A stretch of DNA of 64,000 nucleotides, taken from the human T2T-CHM13v2.0 reference genome, Homo sapiens. The notes under the pieces were generated by a model that ran no database searches, was not told the origin of the DNA, and saw only the letters and a program-made list of their open reading frames with translations. Both the position numbers and the translations under genes were made by a program. Shown here piece after piece: positions 23,542 through 39,834 of the stretch. Position 1 is the stretch's first letter; each line of letters begins with the position of its first letter. Where the stretch lies: assembly GCF_009914755.1 (NCBI RefSeq), contig NC_060925.1. One strand, 5' to 3'.

Positions 23542-25841
23542 TAACTTTTTTTCTGTAGAGACAGGGTCTCCCTATGCTACCCAGGCTGGTGTCAAACTCC
23601 TGGGCTCAGGAGATCCTCCCGCCTCAGCCTCCCACAGTGCTGGGATCACAGGTGTGGCCATCGTGCCCGGCCCATCACTCTTTATGGATGAGAACAACAC
23701 ACTGCTTGGTCCAGACGACATGTGAGGAGGAAGGCCACGCCACACCAGGGGTAGGGATCGTGGGGAGCCCTGGGAGAAGGCTGCCAACCCACCTTCCTGC
23801 TGGACGGTCCCGTTAATGAGCTGCCGCGAGTTCCATTCGCGGCCAGATCTTGTCTCCCCAGCAGCCCACTTTAGGCGTCTTCGTGCCGTTGCCTCAGTCG
23901 TGCTTGTATCTAAAAGTAGGACGTGTTTGTCACTTGATCGACAGCCCTTTTGTTAGAAACGTTACTTTGTGTTTAAGGTTTTCTATCGCACGAAATAATT
24001 CAAATTGCCACTTTAAAAAACATAGAACACGAGAATAGAATACCGACTTCTCCACATTAAAAACGAGTAATGGTTCTTGGATATCTATTTAACTCAAGTA
24101 TAGAAAAAATGTTCTAAGCGGCCAAGCTGGGTTGTTCATTGGTTCTCAGGGCCTGGATGGCTAAAGACAGCTACTCAGCTAAGCGTGGTTTCCGACTGAA
24201 CTGCATCCTTTGTTTCAGTAGACGGCCGGTCTCAGGCTGCTACACGTATTTTGCATTTGGTCGTTTCTGCCAAATTTCCTCTGCTTATCCACATGAACGG
24301 AGTCCGTCTGAAAATCACAGGATTAATAATTACCACCTAACTCGATAACGTTCTTCTCTGTGTCCCTGCCATTTTCTCTGTTTGGTGCATTTCCCCAGGA
24401 AAGTAACAGAACAACCTCACAAATACATCAGGAAGGAGGTTTAAATTTAGCGAGCGCCATTTCCTCTCCCAGGTCCCGGTGACTCACCTCCACCTCCCAG
24501 GGCTGTCCTGCTGCTGCGGAGCTGCAGCAATGGACGGGGGCCAGCTCCCTGCCCACGCCTCGGACTCTAGGCCGTCCCTTCCCCTGCGCTGTGGGCATCT
24601 GAGCATCCGGCAAGGTGTCAGTCCAAAAGAAACAATGTAAGTGGGCTGCAGGCTGGCATCTGAATACCCACCTCAATCCGCAGACCACACTTCCGTGGCT
24701 TTCTGTGTGCTCCATAGGACATTGGTGTCCAGGGAAGAACCGAGTCAGTGACTCCCAGGGCTAACTAACGGGTAGGATGTTCATTCCTTCCAGAGCCAAA
24801 GGTGCACGTTCTGCTCCGTGCCATATGGGGAAAGTGTAACGCCTCCCAGCACTGAGCAGAAGGAAGAGGCAGCAGCTATTGCCCTGAGCACCCACCCAAA
24901 GGGCTCTGGATGGATCCTCCCCGATGGAGAAGCAGTTCCACGTGTCCAGGAAGCAGGAAGAGCGCTGTGAAGGAATACTGGGTGTGTAGGGATCAAGGGC
25001 TCTGGGTGTGAAGTCTGAGCTGCTTTCTCGTGACTGTTCCCACAATCTGGTGCTGGAGCCCCCTCGGTGTGCACTCTCAGTGGTGCCAAGACAAGGAGGT
25101 GGGTTTTGTTCAGGAGCCTGGGTAAGGAGCACACACCCCATCTCAAACGGGGAGACTTCCATTGATGGAGATCGGCCTTGTTACTGATTGTGAAAACCTC
25201 ACCAGAGCCTCGTTCGGAGGGTGGGTTCTCCCACAGGACAGGAGATGGGGCATAACCTCCAGTATTCCCCAGAGAGCGGGCAGCCCAGGTCTCTGCAAAG
25301 TGGGTAGTCACTGTCAAACAAAACAACCTGAGACGCTTTCTAACAGAGTTCAGCACTTCTGACACTAAGAAAACCAATCACGACTCTCACCCTGTCATTT
25401 TGTAAAAGAAGAAAACAAAACTGGGAAATAACTTCGCTGAGGTCACACGGCCAGTTTGGAGCAGAGCTGGGACTGGCACCCAGACCTCTGACTCCTGGAG
25501 CTCTTCCCAGATTCTTGAAAGGGGCCAAGAAGTGAGCTGCTTCCATCTCATGGGCACAGAAACTCCCTGTCCTGGGGCTCACATCCACCAGGTGCCAGCC
25601 ACACAGGCCCCAGTCACACAGGACCCGGCTCCTGACCCCTGGGCCAGGCTGCTCCCCGGCTGGCCTTCCTGGTGCTGGCGTGGTCGGAGCTTCCCTGGGT
25701 GGAGGATGAGGCTAAGGAAGCCGACTGGTTATGCACATCACAATGGGATGGAAGTTCGGAAATGGCAACAAACTAATTCTCAAAAACCTTGAAAAAGAAA
25801 TTATGAAAATTCCCGTTCTTCAGATCCAAACTGAAACATCA

Positions 25842-26129
<288 letters not shown>

Positions 26130-26511
26130 TCAAAAACAAAAAAGAAAGAAAGAAAGAAAAAGAAAGAAAGAAAGAAAGACCAGTTAGGAACAATAAAGAA
26201 TGGAAATGAAGTGTGCAGACTTCAAACCTTGCAGAAACCTGTGAATGATGGATGGGACATGCATTTGCCTCTAGGACTGAAGGAAGAGGAGACAATTTGA
26301 TGCCACCAAACCACCAGATATTTGGCTAAGATGCCCGCCCAGCTTCAACTGACATACACACAACAGCACGACTTTCCAGCAAAAGTTCAACATTGGCTGG
26401 GCACGGAGGCTCATGCCTGCAATCTCAGCACTTTGGGAGGCCACGGGGGAGGATCCCTTGAGGCCAGGAGTTTGAGACCAGCCTGGGAAACATAGTGAGA
26501 CCCCATCTTTA

Positions 26512-26805
<294 letters not shown>

Positions 26806-27350
26806 TCAGAGGTGATCAGCACCAAGATATCCTCAGATAAGCTCTTCGCAGATATTGAAGGGATTGCGACCATGAACCACTCTCACTGCTTAGTTCCAAA
26901 GCTCAGGAAGGAAAGACAGGGAGGGCGGGGCACTGTCCGGAGGCAGTGATGGCGTGCTGGCCGCAGTGGGTGCATGGACTTTGCAGATGTGGAGTCTGCA
27001 CCTCCTCCTACATTTGCTGAGCACCTACTTCATCCAATACACCACCAAGGAGAAGACGGACAAGACCCCTGTTCTGGAGGGGGAAGAATAAAAATAATGC
27101 CTCTCACCGGGGGCCGGGCCAAGCTCTGGGCACCTCTTCATGAATTAACTCCTAAATTAATCCATGGAAGGGACACGTGGGAAGGGGCACGTGTGCAGAG
27201 CACAGGCTCGGACAGGAACCCCGGGAACACAGGGAGGTCAGTGCTTCTGTACCCAAAGGACCCCTCTCGGCAGGGGCCAGTGAGCAGCCGGGAAGGGGGC
27301 CTTGGAGTTGAGACCTGTTGGGCTTGTTAGAGCCCCGTTCCTTGATTTAA

Positions 27351-27721
<371 letters not shown>

Positions 27722-28496
27722 TCATTCTTCCACTTCCCACAGTAGGGATTGGGCTGGAAATTCCGAAGCAAATCCCTCTCTGCACTTTCCTCCACCTGCC
27801 CCTGTGCGGCCAGGGCCCTTCATCCAGAAGCACGCAGCCTCGGGGACAGCTTCGCCATTTTTAAGTGTTTTCACGAGGGGTTGACACTGTGCTGTCAGCG
27901 ACATCGCGAGCCCAGAAGTGAATAACTGACACAACAATGATTAAAGTTTGTGAGCAGCTTCAGGAAATGGCAGCGCAACTTTATGTTCAAAAGATCCAAG
28001 GCAGGAGAGTGTGAGGCCTTCCCTTTCCCAGATCCTAGGGGTGTGGAGGGCGGGCCTGGGGCCATGAGAGGTGTGGAGAGTCAGAACTGCGGCCTGCGGC
28101 GCAGCCCCCACCTGCTTTTCCTCTCCCCGCCCCCGTCGAGGGTCCCCAGGGATCAGGACTTGCTCCCAAAGTCGCCTGGCCCCAGCTCCCGCGAAGGCAG
28201 GAGGGTTTTGGAAGCAGCCGCTGGTGGGGGTCTCTCTCCTGACAGCTGCAGGGACTGGCCCCCTCCCCACCCACCGCCGGCGCAGCCAGAAGCAGCCACG
28301 CAGACGTGCGACCCCCCACAAACCGCCTCGGGACGAGGTTCTGCCGCGCCCGTGGGCCACAGTGTCCACGCGGGGCTTGTGCCGGTGTCGCCTCCCATGA
28401 AGACACCCGGAGGGTCCCGTCTGCGGCGCGTGAGGGCAGCGGTCCCGGAGAGCCAGACCCCGGCCAGGGAGAGCTGCCCGCGAAGGAGGGGGCGCG

Positions 28497-28810
28497 GCTG
28501 GCGGAGGGGGGCGGGATGGGGCGGGGGGCGGGGGGAGGAGAGGGGGGAGAGGGGAGGGGACCGGGTAGGGTGGGGGGGGAGGGGAACGGGGAGGGGAGCG
28601 GCGGGCGCGGGGTGGGGGGGGAGGGGGAGGGGGGAGGGGAGAAGACGGGCAGCGGGAGGGGCGGGGGGGAGGGGATGGGGGCGGGGGGGAGGGGAGGGGG
28701 CGGGGGGGAGGGGATGGGGGCGGGGGGGAGGGGATGGGCGGGGGGGAGGGGAGGGGGGCGGGGGGGAGGGGAGGGGGGCGGGGGGAGGAGAGGGGAGCGG
28801 CGGGCGGGGC
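28497..28810 (+). repeat. G-rich minisatellite (~19-20-bp unit GGGGCGGGGGGGAGGGGA[T]) with G-quadruplex potential
   Basis: ~300 bp of G3-G7 runs separated by 1-3 nt. Confidence 0.9.
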
Positions 28811-28975
28811 CGGGCTGCAGGGAGCGGCGGGCTGGGGCGGGCTCGGGGCGGGCTCCGCGCTCCGTCCGCCCCCTCGCGCCCGCGCCGCGCTCGCTCAGCT
28901 CCCGCCCGCCTGTGCCGCCTGTGCGGCCGCCGGGAGCCAAGTTTGCGCGGACCCCGTCCCGAGCCCGCCGCGGCC

Positions 28976-29043
28976 ATGGACGCGCCCGCCCGGCTGCTGG
29001 CCCCGCTCCTGCTCCTCTGCGCGCAGCAGCTCCGCGGCACCAG
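28976..29043 (+). CDS. GABRD: GABA-A receptor delta subunit, exon 1 (signal peptide MDAPARLLAPLLLLCAQQLRGT)
   Basis: gccATGG Kozak context; donor AG|gtgagc; 68 nt. Confidence 0.98.
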
Positions 29044-29275
29044 GTGAGCGGGCGGGGTCCGCGCGGCGCGGGGTCGGGGGCGGTGGGGGGCCCGCGTCGG
29101 CCCGAGATAGCGGCTGGGAGAGCGGCCGGCGCGAGCCCCGGGCCCCGGACCCCAAGTCTGAGAGCCCCGCGTCCTCCCTCCCCGGGGTCTTGCCCCGCGG
29201 GCCCCTCGTTGGACTCGCCCGGACGCTGCCCTTGGGCTCGGGACGCGGCGACCCCCGCGCTGGCCGCCCCCGCCC

Positions 29276-29302
29276 GGTGCTGTCCGCCGTCCTGGTGCTG
29301 AA
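29276..29302 (-). promoter_or_regulatory. Expanded-spacer RE1/NRSE (REST site): TTCAGCACC-N8-GGACAGCACC
   Basis: Both half-sites match the RE1 consensus, with an 8-nt rather than 2-nt spacer. Confidence 0.65.
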
Positions 29303-32300
29303 CCTGGGCTGGGCGAGGGCGTCGGAGCCTCCCGGTTCCCCTGCTCCGCGGCGCGCGTGGAGGGTCCCCGGGTCCGCGGCACTCGCGGGTCCCTGCCCGG
29401 CGGGTGCCTTGAGGAGAGGAAAGACCTGAGAACTCGGTGCGGGGAGGCTGCTCCCTTTGCGGGGGAGCCGTTCCCCGTTCCCCCAGTGAGCTTCCCCAGC
29501 CGGAGGGTCTGGGACGGACGGAGGAGGCTGTCTCGCTGTGGAGGGTGGGCCCGGCCTCCGGGGTCTCCTTTCAGAGTCCGTTTCAAATGGCGTGGGCAGA
29601 ACTCCTGAGTGTGTGCAGGTGGACGGCGGCCAGGTGCCCCTGGCCACAGAAAAGAGATGGTGGATTTCTTAACTATTTTGGGAGGGACTCCCCAGAGAAG
29701 GAAGAGGCTGAGAAGGAGGCCCCCCGGGGCTGGAGCCCCCTCTGGCCTACAGTGCCCCCCCATCTCCTCTCTGGGGATCTGAAATGGGCTCCTCAGCCAC
29801 CCAGGCAACTTGGCCCCACCACGGGGCCTGGCTGGCCGCCTTCCCTAGGAGTCACGAGAGGACATTTAGGGGCGTCTTTGAAAATCACCTCAGTGCAAAG
29901 ACTGCAGAAGAAACAGCAAAGAGCCATCCCCCAGCATTCGGGATCTCAGAGACCGTGAAGATGTAGATATAGAGGTGGCTGACCGTAGTAGAGATGGCAG
30001 CACCCAACACGGGGCGGTGTGTCAGAGTTTTCCCATTGGAGGTGCGGGGGACAGAGCCCAGAAGGCCTGGGTCCAGCTGCAGCCGTGTGCCCATCAGGAG
30101 ACCGCGGGGTCGGCACTGCCCCTGGCTCTAAGCAGCCCGTGTCCTGGGAAGAGCTTTGTTCTTCCATCAATCCCAGTGGGCCTTTCTCCCTTTGTCCTTC
30201 CCCTCCTTCAAGGTGAGAGGAAGGACGAAGCTCGGGGCACAGTTGTGGATGCTGTGCTGGAGCCATGGGGACAGCTGCCAGCCCAGGCCCACGGCCACTT
30301 AGCCAAGAGGCTGAAATCCAGACGGCTCTGAAACCCCAAAGTTTTAGCCCAAGTTCGACACCAGAATTCAGTTGGCAGCAAGTCCCGTCCCGCATGGACG
30401 TGAGACTCTTCTCATCTTTATTAATCCTACTTCTGGGATTATTTATATACACTTCCTGCTGGGAAATTCTTCAGGCCGCCCCCAGCCACAGCCTCTGTGT
30501 CCACCATTTCCCTGCTCTAAAATCTGAAGATCCTTAATCCTGGCCTGCATCTGGCTCCTGGGCTGACGGGGAAGGGATTCTGTGCCTGTTTCCTTGGGCA
30601 GGAAAGCTGGAAGGCCACGGCCCAGCCAGGAGTGGGGGGCCTCTGGGCCTGCAGTCACTCCCATCCCTGGAAGAGGGGTGCCGTTGGGGAGGACACCTTG
30701 CCTGGTGAGAGGTGCACCGCTTCGCTCAGCTCCCCTTTCGCTCTCTAGTTAAAAACAGTTACCACCTGGCTGCATGCTGCAGCCTCTCCTTTGAGGTCAT
30801 CCTGTCCACACACATGTGCTGGGCTCAACCTCCTGCTCTTGGCGTCTAGGGGCAGGCCTGGAGGGTCTCCCCAGGGTGGAAGCACCTGCCAACTAAGCCC
30901 TAGGGGCCACCTTCAGACTTAGCGGGGTGCTGTCCATGAAGGGCCTCTCTGTATCTGTGCCCCTACACTCCAGAAACCAGGACAGCCGCCCTCCCTTCCC
31001 TCAGTCTCGGGGTCCTTGTCCTGGAGCTGTATTGGACGTCAGTGGGACCCATTCTGGCCATTACCCCAGGTCCCCATTGCAGCAGCTCCTCATGGGAAAG
31101 GCTGGGTGGGATAGGAAGGGAGTGTGCTGCGTGGCGGCCGTGGGTCGGCCCGGAGTGTGAAGACCCGTGCACGCGGCAGGCACCGAGCTTGCCGACTGCA
31201 TGCCCGCGTGGGTGGCCCTCCCGGGCTGCCGGCACCTCCGTCTCCCTGGAGAAGCTGTGCTGCGGCTCCTACCGTGCCAGCTCGCGGTGCGCTGGTGGCG
31301 GTGCTCCTCTTCGCCTTGGTAACTGCAATGCTGGGAGGCTTGAGCTGCTCTAAAAGCAGGGCTGCGGGATATGTGGGCTGGGTGTGCGCCGTGGAGAAGC
31401 CTGCAGGGGGAGGATCCCAGCTACATCTACCTTCCCTGTCTGTCCCCAGGGCGCAGACAAGTGACAGGGATGGGTTTGTTTTTCAGTGGGGCCAGGAGGG
31501 CAGGAGGCCAGGTGACCCATGGAGAGCCACCCGAGGGGGAAGCTGCCATGTCTTCATGGTGCCCACTCTGCCCCCTGAGTTTGGAGTCCTAAATCTGAGT
31601 GTAGACTTGGAGCCTGGTGTGTAGCCCTGAGCCTCTCTGTCCATCCACCCACAGGAAACCCCAAGCTCAGGCCACCACTGGGCCCCAGGGCCACCAGGTG
31701 AGGCAGCAGCCCTCTCCCGAGGTCTCCGTGACATACCAGAGTCAGGACAGCCCCACCCTGTGCCTATCTCCGCTGGTGCAGGCTGTGTTCCCCCAGCCCC
31801 CGCTAGATCTGCCTCCCTTGTACATCCTGACCTGAGGAAGTGAGGGGCCCTCCAGACCCCAGAGTCTGGCATGAAGCGCACGCCCCCGCACTCTGGCCCT
31901 TCCCATCTGTTCACGGTGGGAAAACGACCGGGGGCTCTCCTAGGTGAGAAATGGCGTGGGGGTGGGAGCCTGCTTCCTTCTCGCCCCCAGGAGATGGCAA
32001 AGGTGCCTCCAGGTGAGCTTCGTGGCGGGGGCTGCTCCTGGCCTTGCCTTCGTGCCCCCCCACATGTGCCACCACCCTGAGATGGGCAAGAGATGTGGCC
32101 CAGGAAGGACGGTGTCTCCTGTGGCCTCATTCCAGGCAGGCTAGATGGCAGCTGGGCTGGTCCAAAAATAAAGCCTCACTAGAGCCCTTTGCGTCCGACC
32201 TTCAAGGCAACTGCCATTTGCATTTTTAATTGGCCGGGACTTAATTTGATTCCATCTTATACTTTGTTACCAAAGTGCCTGCTCCTCCTTAGCCCTGTGC

Positions 32301-33344
32301 CGGGCCACTCCTGGGGGTCCCGTGGGCGCGGGGTCCTGGGTCTGGATGGACAGCAGCCCTGGATGCTGCCTCCAGCTGGCTCCTGCCAGAGTTGGGCCAC
32401 CACAGTCGTCCAGGACAGATTGGGGTTGGCAGAATCTGGTTAGCTAAGGAACGTTTGGTTCAAAGTCCAAATCTTTGAAAGGCCAGTGTGTAAAACAAGA
32501 AGAAAAGTGGTTCTGATGGAAAGGGAGAGGGCCTCAGCCCCCGACCCCACTGCTGCTGCCTCCCAAACCCCGGTGGTCCTCAGGGGGCCCAGGACGCACC
32601 TGAGGATAAAGTGTATGGAGCAGAGTCAAGGCTGGATGCAGGGAGAGGCAGGGAGAGTGTCCACCTCCCAGCATCCTTCCCAGTGTTTCTCTGGAATTGC
32701 GGGTTTAAGATTTGGACCTGCTCATGCAGCTCCCCGGCTGGACTTAGCCTGAGGCACCAGACCTCTGTGCCCTGCCCCTTGCCTCTCCCTTGGGAATCCA
32801 AGGACTCAAGAGGGCTGGAGCCGGAGAGACAGACAAGCAGAGTAGGCTGCAGGTGATCTGTGTGGGGCACTGGGAGGGTGCTGCACGGGGTGGGGCTGGT
32901 GGCCCGGCCTCAGCTTGACTGTGCCAGACAGGCAGTGTGGAGGGGTGCCTCGAGCCCAGGTCGCAGTCTCTGAGGGAGCAGGAGGCCAAGGGCTGTGGCC
33001 CCCACCGTGAGGAGGGGAGGGGCAGTCAGTTGCGTCCTGGGGAGCCAGGCGTGGAGGAGGCCTGGGACTGTGCTCTTCTCTTGGTGGCCTGTGGAGTAGC
33101 CCAGCATAGGGCACCCGCTTGAGGCTGTATCTGAACTGGGGTCAAATCTGTCTCTAGGCTTGCTGTGGGGGAGGCCACTGACTCAGGTCCCGACCCCTCA
33201 ACTCTCCTGGAGGGCTCGGGCCAGGCTCGGGCCTGGCGACCTGGAGGACATGTCTGAAGCCACCCCCTTGGATAGAAATGATTCTGAGAATACAGGGGGG
33301 TTAATCTCAAGGCCCCACCCCTGGGACCAATCCCCATCCTGTGT

Positions 33345-33752
33345 GCAGGAGGACAGGTATGACAATCACCACAAACTGGACGGCTTGAAACAACAGACGC
33401 CTATTCTCTCGCAGCTCGGGAGGCCAGGAGCCTGAAATCAAGGTGTGGGTGGGGCTCGTTCCCCTGGAGGCTCTGAGGGAACCTCTGTCCCTGGCCTGTC
33501 TCCAGCTCCGGCGGTGGCTGGAAACCCTGGCCTCCCCTGGCCTGTGGACGCCTCACCCCAATCTCTGCCTCCTCTGTCCCCAGGCTTCTTCCCTCTTCTC
33601 TTCTAAGGACACCAGTCCTTGGGTTTAGGGCCCACCCAATCCAGTATGGCCTCATCTTAACTAATTACCTCTGCAAAGACCTTATTCCCAAATAAGCTCA
33701 CATTCTGAGGCTCTGGGTGGATGTGCATTTTGGGGGACGCTGTTCAACCCAG
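33345..33752 (-). mobile_element. MaLR solo LTR (MLT1-type) in GABRD intron 1
   Basis: 'caccacaaactggacggcttgaaacaacag...gggcccacccaatccagtatggcctcatcttaactaattacctctgcaaagaccttattcccaaataag'. Confidence 0.85.
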
Positions 33753-34493
33753 TGCAGGTGAGCAGATGGGGGCCGGGGGGGTGCTGGGGTGCTCTGGGCT
33801 CTGGCAGCATGGTGTGTATGGGGAGGAGATGCCTCCCTCAAGCCTGGGCGTCCCCATGGCCCTGCTGTCTACCCCGAGCTGCTCCGAGGTTGAGCTAAAC
33901 CACAGAAGCACATGGCCATTTGGGGATCTGGAGCCCACCCTGGGCCTTCCTGGGAGGAGACAGAGAGTAGGAGGCTGTGGGCCCGGGTTTTGGGGCCCTG
34001 TCCTCTTCCTGTCCCTGCCCCTTGCCTCCTCCTCACATTCCTCTTCTCCAAACCGTCTAATGGGGGAAGCTTCGCCCTCAGAAGCCGACAGGGAGATCTC
34101 TTTGGTGAGGGACCCCAGGGGTGGAGACCCGAGGCCGGCCTCCGCGGGCTGGTTGAGGAGGGAGGCTGTTAGCCTGGGAGCTTGGCCCACGCTGGGGGGC
34201 TCTGTCCAACCCAGGGCCACCTCCCTCAAAGCCAGGAGGGCTAAGTGGGCACTGAGGCCGGAGGAGGAAGCCAGGTCAGGGCCAGTGGAAGAGGCTGAGG
34301 ACCTCCCGGGGTTCCCTGTGTCCAGCCAGAGGCTTGGGGACTGGCCAGGCCCCCACCTGCAAGGGCTCCCACAGTGGCCCCCCATGCCCTGGCCCAGGTG
34401 CCCAGAACAGTGCTGCATCCCCAGGAAGGGACCCAGGCTCAGTGGAATTAAATTAAGTCCTGGCCTGTCTGACCAGTGGCTTTGCATCCCCAG

Positions 34494-34606
34494 AGCGATG
34501 AATGACATCGGCGACTACGTGGGCTCCAACCTGGAGATCTCCTGGCTCCCCAACCTGGACGGGCTGATAGCCGGCTACGCCCGCAACTTCCGGCCTGGCA
34601 TCGGAG
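34494..34606 (+). CDS. GABRD: GABRD exon 2 ([37 protein letters not shown])
   Basis: cag|...|gtgagg; 113 nt; phase consistent. Confidence 0.98.
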
Positions 34607-34866
34607 GTGAGGGGCGGTCCAGGCCCGGCAGGCAGGAGCCGCTGGAGCCCAGGCTAGGCCGTGGCTGTGTGGCCCACTGGGCTGTAGGCTGGCCTCTAGG
34701 CAAGGAAGCCTGGCTCTCCCCTGGGGGGCTCCATCAGAGCCAGGCCCCCACAGAGACAGCCAGGGAGGTGCAGCTTCTCAGGCCATGATGGCCGACTGCC
34801 TGTGACTGGGACCCCGGCAGGGTCCCATCGTGGCTCCCATGCTGGGCCGGCCTCAGTCCTTCTTAG

Positions 34867-35291
<425 letters not shown>

Positions 35292-35544
35292 TGAGCGGGC
35301 TGCCCACCCGGACTCCGGGGGAGAGCCTGCCCGGGCCAAGCGTCGGCGCCTGGACGCTCCAAGGCTTGGAAAAGCTCGAGCGGCTTCTGCTGCCGGGAGC
35401 TGGCGGGCGGGCGGAGGGGGGGGCAGAAGCTGCGCGGTTATTTATATCCCCCGCAGCTGCTGGGGAAACATCCGCTCCAAGGTCGCCGACAGGAAGCCGG
35501 CAGATGTGGCTTTTTGGCCAACACAGTGCCTTTTGGTTTTTAAA

Positions 35545-36060
35545 ATGGGGTGGAATTCACATAACATAAAATTAACCTTTTTAAAGTGAACAATTCAGTG
35601 GCATTTGGCAGATTCGCCACGTTGTGCAACCCCACCTCTGTCTGGTCCAAAACATTTCAAGACCCCAAAAGGAGACCCAGCCACTGAGCAGGTGCTCTCC
35701 ACTCCGCCCTCCCTGGAGCTCCAGCAGCCACCCGCTTGCTTTCTGTCTCTGTGGGTCTGCCCAGAGACAGAAACATTTCATCGAAAGGGAATCACATGCT
35801 GTGTGTGGGACCCTTTATGACTCCGGCTTCGTTACTCAGCATCACGTCCTCACGGTTCATCCCAGTGGAAGCCGGAGTCAGGGGCGCCTTCTTCTTCATG
35901 GCCTAGGCGATGGCCCACGGCAGGGGCGCGCCACACCTGCCTCCCATCCCTCTGCCGAGGGGCGCTTGGGTGGCTTCCGGCGTTGGCGAATGTGAAAACA
36001 CTGCTATGAATGTGTGTGCGCGCATTTGTTTGAAAACCTGTTTTCAGACACATGCCTCTT
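35545..36060 (-). mobile_element. L1MB-like 3' end fragment in GABRD intron 4
   Basis: 'aattcacataacataaaattaacctttttaaagtgaacaattcagtggcattt' is the reversed L1MB 3' terminus. Confidence 0.8.
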
Positions 36061-36105
36061 AAAGATGGAATTAGTTCATGACACTTAAAAAATCAGGAGG
36101 CATGT

Positions 36106-36778
<673 letters not shown>

Positions 36779-36969
36779 TCAAGTGCGTGGCAACTCTGGG
36801 CCTATTCCCGTGTGTTCCTCAGCCATCGCTCGGGCCAGGGCCTGGGTGTGAAGGCTGTCCCCTGCCCCGTAGGCCCCCAGCCTAGTTCAATAGTCAAGCG
36901 TTTTGAAGAGAATGAATGAAATCCAGTTCTTGACGGTCCTAAAGGAATACTTGACGTCTATGAAGTTGA

Positions 36970-37488
<519 letters not shown>

Positions 37489-37500
37489 TGACAACGGTGA

Positions 37501-37965
<465 letters not shown>

Positions 37966-38547
37966 TAGTCAAGCCGCCCGCAGGCCCCCAGGGCCTCTGG
38001 GGATGCAGCTGGGACGCTGCTGCCTTAGGAACTTGCTCATTGGCACCAGCTGCACCTGAACCAGGGCTTCCAGGCCTGCCATTGTGTGGGCGTGGGTCAG
38101 GCCTTCCCATCTCACTCCTTGGTCCTTTCTCTCTTCCCAGCACTCCAGATTTATGGGAAACCAGAGGGTGTGGGGAGCTCTCTTAGCCCCAGGTCTGCAG
38201 GGCTCAGGAGCCAAGCTTTCCTTGGCTACCTTGTCTCCCAGCCCCACTTTCCCACCCCTACGCACCCCGTCCCCGGTCATCCAGAGCCAGTGAGCCCAGT
38301 GCTGGCTCCTTCCAGAGCCTGGCTGTGCCCGCAGGAGTGTTAGGAGAGAAAGGGGTGAGCCCTCCCCATTGGTTGCGAGGGTCCCTCAGGGCCAGTCCAG
38401 CAAACATGAGGCCAGCAGTAACCTCAGCCTCTCTCCCTCTCCTCTGGGTGACACTGCTCAGGACCAGCCTGTCCTGTGGCCAGACCTAGGGCCGGAGGCC
38501 CCCTGACATTTCAGGCCATGTGGTTGGTGGGGAGGGCAGGGGTCTAA

Positions 38548-39834
<1,287 letters not shown>

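Larger units (their letters stand above)
28050..29600 (+). promoter_or_regulatory. GABRD CpG-island promoter (no obvious TATA box, GC-box rich)
   Basis: Very high CpG density around exon 1; many GGGCGG and GGGGAGGGG motifs. Confidence 0.9.

Noticed and set aside
27950-29808. Long overlapping ORFs (365, 301, 551 and 331 aa) across the GABRD promoter
   Set aside because: Gly/Pro/Arg low-complexity products of stop-poor G-rich DNA; only the last 23 codons of the 365-aa frame are real (exon 1)
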